Source: Prorocentrum cordatum (lineage: Eukaryota). From it: a DNA stretch of 57,521 bases. Where the stretch lies: NCBI GenBank assembly GCA_963575745.1, contig CAUYUJ010000019.1, forward strand, positions 62,001-119,521. The letters are read 5' to 3'. Each line of letters starts with the position of its first letter. The first letter of the stretch is position 1. The notes under the pieces were generated by a model, which saw nothing but the letters and a program-made list of their open reading frames with translations, was not told the DNA's origin and ran no database searches. Of this stretch, positions 45,300 to 57,446 are shown piece by piece. The position numbers were made by a program, and so were the translations under genes.

Positions 45300-45455
45300 T
45301 TGATGCTGATGCTGATGCTGATGCTGCTGCTGATGATGATGTTGATGATGACGACTGTGATAATGATAAAATGATGACAGTGCTGCTAATGATGCTGGTG
45401 CTGATGCGAATGCTGATGAGTATGATGATGGTTATGATAATGATGATGCTGCTGC

Positions 45456-45487
<32 letters not shown>

Positions 45488-45527
45488 GTGGTGGTGGCGA
45501 TGCTGATGATGAATATGATAATGATGA
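45002..45527. repeat. (GAT)n microsatellite
   Basis: Direct reading. Confidence 0.97.
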
Positions 45528-45528
45528 G

Positions 45529-47045
45529 TTTTTTTTGTTTTGTAGTTTTGTTGCCTGTTTGTTTAGTTGTTCGTTTAGTTGTTTGCTTGTCTCACCGATC
45601 TGGAAGAACAGGTGCTCCATCGGCCCCAACAGTCGAGGCGATCTGACATATTGCCTTCAGTCCATTAGTGCCTAACGTATGATGCAGCCACTGGCTTATA
45701 CACTTTCCTAACTTGTGATCTAATGCAACAGCCTTCCGCGTCATATGATACGGCTGAAAGAACAACAAAGTCATCTGTGCTTCATATCATAGTGCCATGG
45801 GTGAAAATCGACCATGGCCTTGCCTGTCTGAAAGTTTGTGCAAATTCAAACGGTTCTCCGAATGACAATTCTATTTGAATATTTTGCATAACAACAGCTC
45901 TAGGGCACTGTCCGTGAGCTGGCCGACGTGCCGAAAGTATCGGTACGTGCGCCGAGCAGCGAACACGTCCAAATCAGCAAAACCGTCCTCGACCTTGATG
46001 TTCCTCAAAAGGCGCCTCTGTCGACGACAATAATGCTCCTCAGCTTCACCAAGATGTAGAAGACAGGGGCACCGCAACATAGCGCCGTGTTGGAGTGCTC
46101 GCAGATTTTGGTCGGCCTGCTGATTGTAGGTCCACACTCCAGCTGACCGCGTGTCGCAGACACGCAACTCTGGTCGAGATGAGTCCGCAGCGTTGCTTCC
46201 GAGCAGATGCTTTGGAAGACAAAACACTTGCCGAATGAGCAACGGCGCACCGCGCGGAATACAACTTGACTCGCATGTTCTCCCTGGTGCGGCCATTAGC
46301 GTTGATGTAACTGCCAACGCATCACATGAAAGCACCACGCCCCTCGCATGTCGTTCCCGGCCTCGAGTGTTCGCAATCACGGTGGTTCTGGCTCACCCGA
46401 CGCACCGTGCTTGTTGGGAGATCAAATCCGTGGTCGCGCAAAGCAGTGCCAAGTAAGTCGAAGATCCGGCGTGCATTGCGAATACAATGAGCAGTAATGA
46501 AAATGCTGTCTTGGACAACAATGAAGGGTACGATTTTGAAACGTCAAGTCCAGCAATACTTTGCACCGTGCGTTGCGCACGTGGTGATATTGCGTATAGC
46601 GTCGCCCAATTGCAAGTGCTGGAATTAAGTCAAACGTGTGGTAAGCAGTCTTCCAACACAATTGTCCAGAATTTCGGCCCCACTTGCTACCCTAAGGGAG
46701 AGATATCGCGATTGGGGATGTCAAGGCTTGGCGTCCATGCAGCCGCACACGATGAGACACTTGTCATATGTGCCGGACCATCCATGCGCACAGTTTTGGG
46801 TCAGCTTTGCGTTTCTAAAGGCTTCTCAGCAGCACTGTGTTTGATCCAATCGAACGCATTCGGCACATCAGAACTAACCAATACGATGCCCAGCCTACTG
46901 TGAGCACATCGCTGAGCAAGAACCACGAGCATTGCATTCAAGTCGGCTATATAATGACCTGGGATGTATGCAAATGACCACTCGCAGCTGAACAAAAAAT
47001 GCCGCCCAGTGCCTTCGGCAAATTCGGCAGGACGGTGATGGGCCG
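45529..47045 (-). mobile_element. Decayed 5'-truncated non-LTR retrotransposon with A-rich tail, between (GAT)n tracts
   Basis: Minus-strand FAYIPG..IVLVSSDVPNAFDWIKH (RT, DV..AFD) and later SAGVWTY..LRALQ. Plus-strand T-rich 45529-45590 corresponds to an A-rich 3' tail. Confidence 0.65.
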
Positions 47046-47108
47046 TAGGTGGCGGAACCACTCCACCATCGCCTATCTGGGCAGAAGCGCAAGGTCAGCA
47101 AGACAGCG

Positions 47109-47137
47109 GTGATGATGATGATGATGATGATGATGAC

Positions 47138-47174
<37 letters not shown>

Positions 47175-47223
47175 TTGATGATGATGATGATGATGATGAT
47201 GATGCTGATGCTGATGCTGATGC

Positions 47224-47255
<32 letters not shown>

Positions 47256-47408
47256 GTGGTGGTCGTTATGATGATGATGGTGGTAGTGGTGGTGGTGGTT
47301 GTGGTGGTGATGCTGATGATGATGCTGCTGCTGATGATGATGGTGCTGATGCTGGTGCTGATGATGCTGATGATGATACTGATGCTGATACCGATGCTGT
47401 GTATGCTG

Positions 47409-47477
<69 letters not shown>

Positions 47478-47650
47478 CTGATGATGATGCTGATGCTGAT
47501 GCTGATGCTGATGCTGATGCTGATGCTGGGGCTGCTGCTGCTGATGATGATGGTGAGGAGGAGGAGGAGGAGGAGGAGGATGAAGATGAGGATGATGATG
47601 AGGAAGATGATTACTGTAATGATGTGAAGGAGGAGGAAGGAGGAGGAGGC
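47109..47650. repeat. (GAT)n/(GCTGAT)n/(GGA)n microsatellite
   Basis: Direct reading. Confidence 0.97.
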
Positions 47651-47989
47651 ACTCGTAGCCCTCATGGAACTCGTTTGGGTCGACTTGTGGCTGTCTTGGC
47701 CTCCTGTGAGGCAGTCTTGAGGGCCCCTGGGTGCCCTCTTGGGCCATGCTGGGGCCCTCTTGGGTCCTCCTTGGGGCCGTCTTGGGGCTCTCTTGGGCAG
47801 CCTTGGGCGCCTCTTGGGTCGTCTTGGAGCCCCCTTGGGCCGTCGTGGGGCACTCCTGGGGGCCTCTTGAGCCGTCTTGGGATTCTGTTCGGGGCCTCTT
47901 CTTTTTGTCTCGAGGCCCTCTTGGGAAGGCTCTTGGGTCTCTCTTGGGACGTCTCGAAGGCCCGTCGCGTTTTGCTAGGGATTCTGACC

Positions 47990-48960
47990 TCGGGAGGGGA
48001 GCCAGTGCATGCGGCGAAGTACGACCAGAGGGGGCGATCCTACCAGACAGCACTCGGCATTCTAGCACGCCTCGTCGTGCCAGGGGGCATGGTGGCGGTT
48101 TCGGGCCGTTCTCGGGCCCTGGGGCAATTAGAAGTCGGTTTCGGGCGGCGAGAAACCATGCCTGGGAGAGGGTCAGGATGTTTTCAGAGCCCGCGGGTAT
48201 GAACGATGATGACGAGCAGAGGAGCTGGCAATGTGCACCCAACGCCATGGGATTCCGCCGACCTTCCTCGTGCCAGGACATCCCGAGGATCACGGCCATT
48301 TTCTTCTGCAACTCCCATCCCCGCTTTTCATCTCCACGCCCGTTTTCATGCCCCGTGGTCATTTTACTGGGATTGTCGGCGCGCTGATGCAGGCAGTCCA
48401 AGAAAATGGCAGGAATTACTGTTTGTCTTTCAATTGGGACAAGTCGGAAGCTCTGCCCGTGCGCTGCGAAGCGGGTATTCGCAGGCCCGACGGCGCACCG
48501 ATCCCGCAGAAAGACAGCATGATGTACGTCGGAGGCCTTCTGGATTCTTCGGGCTCCAGCAGTGCAGAAGTGAGCAGGAGGTTTTCCACATTGCAAAATC
48601 TGGAAGCGCGCTCGTTTGCCTCTGCAAACAAAAGTTGCCATATTGGAAGTCTGCGTCGTAGCTGCATCAATGTATTGCCTCCATACGCTGTGGCCCAACG
48701 TGCCTGACTGCAGCAAGCTCGACGCTTTCCGAGCGCGTTCAAAGCGCACAGTGGCCAGCATCGGCCATTCATATCACTGCCGTCTGCAATGCGACCGTGT
48801 TGCAGACTTGCGAATGCCGCAAATTCAGCACCACTCCTACGCAAAGGCAAGTGTGCCCGTTGGGTCGGATCGCAGTTCTCTCGGCCCTGCGAGTCCAAAC
48901 CACATTCTTTCCCCTTGATTTATGATGTTTCAACGTACTTTAGCCTTGATCACCAGAAAG
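47990..48960 (+). pseudogene. Decayed LINE (RTE-like) RT C-terminal fragment
   Basis: AVQENGRNYCLSFNWDKSE..PDG..KDSMMYVGGLL..EVSRR, then in another frame KVAILEVCV..MYCLHTLW..KLDAFRAR..IGHSY. The upstream boundary is uncertain. Confidence 0.75.
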
Positions 48961-49598
48961 AATTTCGGGCACACAGCAAACTCGAGGTTTTTCACGTGTC
49001 GGGCCCTGGGAGACACTCGTCCGACACTTTTTCGACTCTGTTTCGACACCCTTTCGGCACTTTTTCAGGTGCTCGAAATTGTTTCTGGGATGTGGTCCTG
49101 AAGCACGAAAGGAGCAACATAACCCTTGATCAGGGGGAGACGCCCCCCGTAAGGGGAAGCCAAGACACTCGCGGATACGAAAAATCCACGAGTCGCCCGT
49201 CGGAGTAGCCGGCAGTGCCGACGCGCTGTGCGGACTGCCGCGAGGTAGTTGCCTGGCACGTGGCAGGCAGCTGCCAGGCCCTCCTCTCTCGCGCGGGTCG
49301 TGCTCCCTCCCCGTCTCTCTCTTCCTCCTCCCCCAGTCCTCTCCCCTCTCATCCCTTTCTCCTTCGCCTGTGATTCTTGTCAGGAGTGTTACGGGATGAA
49401 TTGGCCGAGCCGGACTGCTGCCTCGGCTCCCCCGCCCGGTCGCCCTCCAGGTGGTGTCGTCGCCCCCTCCGCCGTCTCGCGCCGTTCCTTTGCCTGCTCT
49501 CTATCCTCCTGCTCGTGCCCCGGCTGTCGCCCGGACTTCCGCCCTCCTCCCCTCCTCTCGGTTCTGGTGCCTGCCGCTCGCCTCTCCCTCCCTTCAGC

Positions 49599-49785
49599 GG
49601 CAACGATAGGGGGGGATAGGCATGGGGGGGGGCTGCATCGACCCCCAATCGCCCATGGATCGCCGACAGGGGTCCGATAGCCCCACCCCTCCCAGGAAGG
49701 TGCGGATTCGCTATCGGGGGCCTGTCGCCGATCTATCGGCGATGTATCGCCGATTGCAGGTCGATGCTTCCCCCCTATCGTTGCC
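49599..49785. mobile_element. MITE-like foldback (~187 bp)
   Basis: GGCAACGATAGGGGGG / CCCCCCTATCGTTGCC ends; inner pairs GCATCGACC/GGTCGATGC and CGACAGG..CCGATAGC/GCTATCGG..CCTGTCG. Confidence 0.7.
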
Positions 49786-49844
49786 CCTCATCTCTCCCCC
49801 AGCTCCGGGCTCGTCCTGGTCATCAGGTGTCGTCCCTTCTGCCC

Positions 49845-49891
<47 letters not shown>

Positions 49892-50604
49892 CCCGGGCCG
49901 TCCGCTTTTTTGGGGGGATGCCTCCAAGCGCGCGGGGCGTGCACGAGAACGGTTTTCATGTTTAGACACTCTCTCTGCGCACAGAAACGGTGCTGCTGGG
50001 TTCCTCGAGCTGTTTCGCAGCGTCCGGATGCTGCCGCGTCGGCGCCACTTTTCCCGCCCATGCGCCCATGACGCGCGTGGCGTCTCCTCTCTTTCCTCTT
50101 CTTCCGTTCCACTCCCACTATTTCCTCACCTTTCACTTGTAATCATATGTACTTCTACCTGTGTGCATCCTCATTCGCTCCAGTTCTCCACGTCCTCCGC
50201 CGCCTGGAGTCCGACGATGTTTTTGAAAACCGATGACGACCACGCCGATCACGGCGACGATGCCGGCGGCGACGACCACGACCATGCCGACGGCGACGAC
50301 GGCTGCGGCGGCGCCGACCACGTCGATGACGCCGACGCCGAGGACAACGACTGCCACGATGACGGCGACGACAACGATGGCCACAGCGACGACTGTTCCC
50401 GGAAGTCGGCTGCGCGCCAAGGAGGGAGGTGAAAGGGGGCAGGCCGTTTCAGAAGGCGGAAATGCTTCTCCGAAGCTCTCCAGCCCTCTTAGAACCGAAG
50501 CCGCCTGATGCTTCGGAGAAGGCTCATAATGCTTCTCACAATTCCAGAGGCCCTGTAAGCCTTCCGAGAATCGGGACCTCTCAGAGTGTGTGTGTGTGTG
50601 CCAC

Positions 50605-50641
<37 letters not shown>

Positions 50642-50977
50642 TTCAGTCGGTTGACACATCGAACAGTCCCAAACAGATGCTGGATTGGGGTGTAGCTAGG
50701 GCATGCGGGAGTTGGGCCCGGGCTATCGAACCCTAGCCCCCTCTCGGGGTCCCCCCCCCTTTCGTGTACAGCCAACCCGCGTGGTAAGGAGGAACGACCT
50801 TCCAAGGCTGCCCTTGCACCCTGGTCCCTTCGGCTCACCCTTGGCAGCTTTCGCTGGCCAGCCTCGCTCGACAAACGGCAACATGGCCCTCCAAGGCCCC
50901 CTCGTCTCCATGCCGCGCCCCCCTCCTATACGAGTTGACCTTGTGAATTCCGAGAGACGGCCCGCCCCCGTGTGCCC

Positions 50978-51141
50978 AGGAGGAGGAGGAGGAGGAGGAG
51001 GAGGGGGAGGAGGAGGAGGAGGAGGAGGAGGAGGAGGGGAGGAGGGAGGAGGGGGAGGGAGGAAGGGAGGAGGAGGAAGGAGGAGGAGGGAGGAGGAAGG
51101 AGGAGGAGGAGGAGGAGGAGAAGGGAGGGAGGAGGAGGAGG
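50978..51141. repeat. (GGA)n tract
   Basis: Direct reading. Confidence 0.95.
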
Positions 51142-51312
51142 CCCCCCCCCCCCCCTCGGGCGCGCCGCCGAGCGAGAGGCGGTGCCCCTGGGCCCGCCTC
51201 CCGGCCTGGGCCCCGCGGGCGCGCCGGCGGCGGAGGCCGCGTGCAGCGAGGCCGCGCGCGCCGCCCGCCGCGGGCGTCGGGGCGCCCGGGCTCACTTCGA
51301 TTCCTCTAGGAA

Positions 51313-51468
51313 GGCACCAACTATACACCAACACCGATCCTGGCCAGGATCACCCTGGGCCCAGGATCGGCGTATACGCCCTCCTGCCTTGGGCAAGAAG
51401 GCATATACGCCGATCATGGGCCCAGGGTGATCCTGGGCCAGGATCGGTGTTGGTGTATAGTTGGTGCC
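51313..51468. repeat. Near-perfect 156-bp palindrome (foldback)
   Basis: GGCACCAACTATACACCAACACCGATCCTGG.. pairs with ..CCAGGATCGGTGTTGGTGTATAGTTGGTGCC; ~75-bp arms with few mismatches and a minimal loop. Confidence 0.92.
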
Positions 51469-53064
51469 CTCCGATCCTCCGATTCGGTTCGACTCCGATG
51501 GCTTCCGATTCCGATTCGAGTCGACTTCGGATTCCGATTCGGGCTCCGATTTCTTCTTGGACGCATGCCAGCCTGCCCATGTCCGCCGATTCGACGTTTC
51601 CCGACTCGGCTGCCGAGTTCCGCCGATCCGGCGTGTTTCGATCGCCGATCCGACTTATCGATGCGATTCTGGGCTCCCCTGGGGCGCAGGCGGCGGGCTG
51701 CCAACAGCACGCCCCTCCAGAGGAGGGATCCTCAAGAGCAGTCCGAACGTAGCGTGGGGACGATCTTTTTAATCATTTTTTGTGGGAGGCCATTTCCCGC
51801 CTGAGGCCCCGCCTGCCTGTGCCCTGTCTCCCTGACTAGAGCTGTGCGTAGCCCGCCTAGCTTTTAGCGGACGAGGTTCGCTCTCGCCCCGCCGACCAAA
51901 AATTGTGGGAGGCCATTTCTGATTTTTTTTGGTCCTTCAAGCAAGGGTTCGCCCAACATCCGCCTGCAGGAGGACACGCCCCACCGAATGGCAGCCTGTG
52001 AGACACCGGCGGCCGGCGCGCCCAGGCCGCCATGGGGGAGGCGGGCCCCGAGGGAAGCGGGTCCCGAGGTTTCAGGCGATCGAAAGCATGGACGAATGGG
52101 GGCGTGGATGAGCGACGGGTCCCGTTTCCACGGGAAAGAGCGGATGTCCGCCGCCGCACGAGGCGGCACTGGCCGCCTTTTGGGGACGGCACCTCCTCCG
52201 ATCCATGGATTTGACGACCGCGCGCCAAGTCCATGGATCGCCGATCCATGTTTGCGCGTCCCCGAGTTAGGTCGGGCATGTCCCCCTACAGGCGGATTTT
52301 GGACGGAAGATATTTTTGTTCGTCCCAAATGCGGTGGGAGCAGACGGCACGTATTCCACATCAGCACATGGAGCATGCCACCAGTGACGATTCGACGCAG
52401 ATCGACTTTTACCACCAGTCGGGCGAGAAGCTCTCATCAGCCAGCTCGGTCAACAGAACCAGTCCCCTGGCGATGCGCGCCATCAATCGCACCTGGCCAG
52501 CACAGGTATTCCAGCCATCCAGCCACAGCTGCCACCACCAAGTTGCTGTAGGGTATTGCATGCAGCCGACGGTTGCAGATGCATCCCGCCGGCCGTAGGT
52601 GCCGGCTGCCGCGACTCTCTAAATAGTCCTCCGTCTGAACCGTTGCCGAACTATCCCACGACAAATTCTGGGACGGGTACGGCATGCGTCGAATCAAATA
52701 CGCTGCTTCGGCACCAAGCTTGGATGGGATCCAACCGTACCAGCAGTGCCAACGAACCCATGGGTCTTTCCTCGCCACGACATTGCCCACCAATGAACTG
52801 ACCTTCCGACGAGCTTACACTTCTCACATAGCCTTAAGTCGGGCCTGTCCCCCTACAGGGGGACTTTTTGACGAAAGATAAGCAATAGTCAAAACATAGT
52901 TTAAACATAGTCCAACAATAGTCTGGGGACTATTTTTCCCAACCCTCCTATGGCTGGGTACTCGTTTTGACTAGAGCAGTGTGGTCGCCCCGTCCTTCTC
53001 CTCCTCCCCCCTCCTCCCCTCCTCCTCTCCTGTTTCCTGTGTTCTCCTCTTCTCTCGTGCCGTC

Positions 53065-53508
53065 GGGCTGCGATCTGCGCAATTGTCGCCACTTTCGTGG
53101 GCTCCTGGGAGGCCCAGCGGGCGTACGTCCCACGCGGATCACCTTGGGACCTCGCGGTGCCCTGTGGGCCGCGATTTGCGCAATTGTCGCCACTTTCGTG
53201 GGCTCCTGGGAGGCCCAGCGGGCGTACGTCCCACGCGGATCACCTTGGGACCTCGCGGTGCCCTGTGGGCCGCGATCTGCGCAAATGTCGCCATTTTCGT
53301 GGGCTCCTGGGAGGCCCAGCGGGGGTACGTCCCACGCGGATCACCTCGGGACCTCGCGGTGCCCTGGGGGCTGCGATCTGCGCAATTGTCGCCACTTTCG
53401 TGGGCTCCTGGGAGGCCCAGCGGAGGTACGTCCCACGCGGATCATCTCGGGACCTCGCGGTGCCCTGGGGGCTGCGATCTGCGCAACTGTCGCCACTTTC
53501 GTGGGCTC
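53065..53508. repeat. 101-bp tandem repeat, about 4.4 near-identical copies
   Basis: AA(T/A/C)TGTCGCC landmark at 53081, 53182, 53283, 53384 and 53485. Confidence 0.97.
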
Positions 53509-54111
53509 CTCCTGGATGGCGTTGCGGATGGTCAAGCAGTAGTTCACGAGGCCGTATTTCGCAATGAAGGTGTCATCTGGCGTGGACTGGGACCTCTCCA
53601 CGTTCCTGGCTTGCGGCAAGGTCGACTCGACGATCTTGACCTCGGAGTTCGCGACAACGACCGTGTCTGCCACGCCGTGGGGGCCGTCCGCGTCGCTGGC
53701 GTCCGTGGAGCTCTCCGACCCGTCCAGCTTCTTGACCCAGGTCGCCATGTCGCCACCGATCCGCGCCGCCGCGCCAGGGTTGCGCAAGGGGGCGGCAGCG
53801 GTGTCAACGCGCCTGGCATCGCGCACCCTGGGCAGGCGGCCGCCACGGGCGCGGAGGCCCTGCAGCCCTCTGGCCGCTGTCTCGCCACCGAGGGCTGCCA
53901 CGACGGCCGACGCAGCGAGCGCGGCCTCAGCGGCCTCCCCTCCTCCGATCGTCGCACGGCCGCCGCGACGCGCTCCCAACGCGCTGCAGCCGCCGACTTC
54001 CGTGGCGCGCAGCAGCTGCGCTGCTACTGCCTCGGCTTGCCCCGCCGAGCAGTGTGCGACCACTGCGCCAACACTCACAGCGACGGAGCTCTTGCCCCTT
54101 GAAGCTATCAT
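53506..54111 (-). pseudogene. Intronless ORF downstream of the SL (retrocopy), ending in an Hsp70-like fragment and truncated by the 101-bp array
   Basis: ATG at 54111, 53 nt after the SL. Ala/Gly-rich product whose last residues, IAKYGLVNYCLTIRNAIQEE, resemble the Hsp70 lid segment EAKNGLENYC..RN.LQEE. Confidence 0.55.
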
Positions 54112-54164
54112 CCGCACCGCTCGCCGTGGGGCGCCGCGAGAGGCCCGAGAGGGCGCGAAAGCCG

Positions 54165-54186
54165 CTTGAGCCCAAATGGCTACGGA
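54165..54186 (-). other. Genomic copy of the dinoflagellate spliced leader (DinoSL relict)
   Basis: Minus strand TCCGTAGCCATTTGGGCTCAAG versus DCCGTAGCCATTTTGGCTCAAG (21/22). It is followed by CGG rather than a GT/GC donor, so it is not an SL RNA gene. Confidence 0.93.
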
Positions 54187-54244
54187 GGAGGAGGAGGAGG
54201 AGGAGGAGGAGGAGGAGGAGGAGGCGGAGGGAGGAAGAGGGGGA

Positions 54245-54309
<65 letters not shown>

Positions 54310-54440
54310 GCGGCGGCGCGCGGCGGCAGCGGCGGCGGCGGAGGCGGCGGGAGGAGGAGGAGGAGGAGGAGGAGGAGGAGGAGAGGAGTAGGAGGAGGAG
54401 GAGGAGGAGGAGGAGGAGGAGGAGGAGGAGGTGGAGGAGG
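54184..54440. repeat. (GGA)n/(GGC)n tract
   Basis: Direct reading. Confidence 0.95.
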
Positions 54441-55969
54441 CGGACGAGGAGCCCCTCCAGGGCTTGCTCCTGGGCTCCTGCTGGCCGCTCTTCCCCCCAG
54501 AGCGCGCCGCCGCTCCATTCTGCCGCGCCCCTTCTGGCGGCGCCCTCGCCCCGGCCGCCCGACGGCGGCGGCGGCGGCGGCGGCGATGGAGAGGGCGGCG
54601 GCGAGGTTTTCGTTGGCTCCTGGAGGTTTTCTCGCCTCGGGATGCTTTCCAGCAGCTGCGCCTCGTCGCGGGCTTCCGGGGGGTGTCCAGGTCGCCCCAG
54701 CGGGCCTAGAAGGCCAGAGTCATGACCCGAAGACCGCCAGGCGACGAGGGCGATGACGATGACGACGACGACGACGTTGGCGATGAGGACGAGGACGGCG
54801 GCGGCGGCGACGACGGCGACGACGTTGACGGCGAGGGCCAGGGTGAAGACGATCACGACGACGACGACGACGGCGGTGGTGGCGACGGCGTTGACGACGC
54901 GTTGGCGACGACGACCACGCTCCCGACGAGCCGTCTGGTCGCTTCCGGCGGCCGAGAGGATCTAATAGTTGGGCGTCGTTTAATGGGGGTGCGACAGTTG
55001 GGGAGGCGAAGAAGCGTGCACCTTTCGTGCTCCGTTTGGGCCCCAGAGGGCCCCTAGGAGCACGACATGTGCACCTTGCTTGGCCCCCGAACTCATCGCC
55101 CCCATTTACGCGATGCCCGAAACAGCGTCCAGAAGCCTGCAGTCGAGGCGCTGGAGGTCAAGGAGCACTTTGGGGCTCCGCAGGGGCTCCGCTGGTCGGG
55201 CCGTGCCGCAGACCTGGGCCAGGGGACCCGTTCGTGGCCGAGGCTCTTCGCGGCCACGGAAGAAGCCCTGCGTGCCTTCTTCAGCGCTCCTCGTGGCAGC
55301 ACGGTGATTGTAGACCCTCTCACCTCGTTGCCGTTGCCGACGTCGCCATCGCGGACGCGGGCGTGGACGACGACGACGACGACGACGACGACCGCCTGAC
55401 TCCGTCGCGGGGCAGCGCCGCGTCGGCGCCAGGGGTGCAGGCCGATCGTCCAGGCCGTCGCCCCAGTGCCGAGGCTGCCCCGCGAGGGAAGGAGGGGGGA
55501 GTATCACCTTTATGTGAGCACTAGCGAGCCCTGGACCTCTTCGTCCCCAATCGGCGCGGAGGTATCGGACAGTTCACTTCGCTGCAGACGTCCTCCGAGT
55601 TCTGAACCCCGGCCAGTCTTGCAGAAGCAGGGGCAGGGCTCACGTGTGGTCGCCCCACCCCCTCCCTCACCTCCCCCTCCCGATCCTTGCTTCCTCGATC
55701 CTCCTCCCCCGAGGAGGACTGGGGAGCGAGGAGCCCCCCCGATCCTCGCTTCCTCGGTCCTCCTCCCCCGAGGAGGCCTGGGGAGCGAGGAGCGCGCCAC
55801 CACCACCACCCGGGGGGGGGGGGCGCAGGCCGAGCTGACCCGCGAGGGCGAGGGCGCCGCCTCCACGGCCACCCGCGGCACCTTGCTTGCGAGCGGTGGC
55901 GGTGGTGCGCTTCCCCCCGCCCTGCCAGGCAATCACCGAGCGCGCTCCACACTGCTCGCAAAGTGCCTA

Positions 55970-56151
55970 CTCCGGATTCCATAATAAAAAGGGGGGGGGT
56001 CACATTTGGCGGGGGTGTCTGATTTGAGCTGTCTCGGAGGGTTCGGGGGGGTCTGGGCGAAGGGCCGCCCTTTCATGGACGGTCTGGGGGGGTCTAAAAC
56101 TTATGGTCCGGGAGGGTTGAGACCCCCTCCCTTTTATTACGAGATCTGGAG
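55970..56151. mobile_element. Tc1/mariner-type (Stowaway-like) MITE with TA duplication
   Basis: TA|CTCCGGATTCCATAATAAAAAGGGGGGGGGTC ... GACCCCCTCCCTTTTATTACGAGATCTGGAG|TA; ~32-bp imperfect TIRs, TA at 55968-55969 and 56152-56153. Confidence 0.75.
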
Positions 56152-56641
56152 TACTCGCAAACGTCCGAAACACACATGTCCGCTTTGAGGTGATTCATCG
56201 CAGGTCCTCCGCGGGGGATCCAGGCCATTTGCGAGCAATTCCTCTGCGAGGAGTGGAACGCGCTCGTCTATGCCGGAAGGACCGAGGACCCTCGACCCTC
56301 GACCCTCTACCCTACCAGGGCTGCTCGCGGTCCCATCCCATCCGATCCGATCCCCGAGCTTCGGCTCCGCCCTCGGGCCGACTCCCCCTCTCCGGCGTGC
56401 AGGGGCCGACGAGCTCTGTTCTCGCGATCCTGAACGGTGTGGTGCCGATGCGATCCGAGTCCGCGGTTCGATCCAGCGCAGGCCTGCTCGACTTTTGAGT
56501 GGGCGTACGGCACGCTTCAGAGAGTTGGCTCGCGCCCTGGGCGCAACTGGAGGGCCCAGGCTCGACCCCAGCGCTCCCTGGCCCAGGATGGGCGTGGCCA
56601 GCGTCGGTGCAGGTGTGCCCTTGGCGCACTCCTGCCCACGG

Positions 56642-56717
<76 letters not shown>

Positions 56718-56817
56718 CGTCGGCGTCGCCGTCGCCGTCGCCGTCGCGGTCGCCGTCGCCGTCGCCGTCGTTCGCCGTCCGTCGTTCGCCGTCCGTCCGT
56801 TGTCGTCACCGTCGTCG

Positions 56818-56867
<50 letters not shown>

Positions 56868-56905
56868 GTCCGTCGTCGCCGCAGTCGCCACAGTCGTAGT
56901 CGTCA

Positions 56906-56969
<64 letters not shown>

Positions 56970-57148
56970 TGCCGTCGTCTTCGTCGTCGTCGTCGTCGTC
57001 TCGGTCGTCGTTGTCGTCGTCGTCGTCGTCGTCGCCGTTGCCCTCGCCGTCGTCGTCGTCGTCGCCGTTGCCGTCGCCGTCGTCGTCGTTGTCGTCGTCG
57101 TCGTTCGCTGTTTGTCGTCGTCGTCGTCGTCGTCGTCAACGTCGTCAA

Positions 57149-57186
<38 letters not shown>

Positions 57187-57446
57187 ACGTCGCAATTGCC
57201 GTTGCCGTCGCCGTCGCCGTCGCGGTCACCGTCACCGTCGCCGTCGCCGTCGTCGTGGCCGTCGCTGTCGCTGTCGTCGTCGTCGTCGTCGCCGTCGTTA
57301 TCGTTGTTGTCGTCGTCGTCGTCGTCGCCGCCGTCGCCGTCGTCGTTGTCGTCCATCGTTATCCTCATAGTCGCCGACGCCGCCGCCGCCGTCGTCGCCG
57401 TCGTCGTCGTCGTAGTCGTCGTCGTCGCCGTCGTCGTCGTTGTCGT

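Noticed and set aside
52937..52960. Small hairpin CCCAACC/GGCTGGG as a ribozyme or element end
   Set aside because: Single clear copy, with no hammerhead or HDV core identifiable.
54100..54186. SL RNA gene
   Set aside because: No splice donor or SL intron follows the leader; it runs directly into a UTR and ORF.
55067..55330. Possible short host exon (e.g. SWPRLFAATEEALRAFFSA)
   Set aside because: It looks coding-like but has no diagnostic motif or defensible splice sites. RNA-seq is needed; small host exons elsewhere in the window cannot be excluded.
26232..57370. Long ORFs rich in H/T, C/V, S/P, M/D, R (e.g. 26232-27785, 37837-38991, 44805-45374, 47073-48761, 56517-57368)
   Set aside because: They are translations of microsatellites that lack stop codons; no coding evidence.
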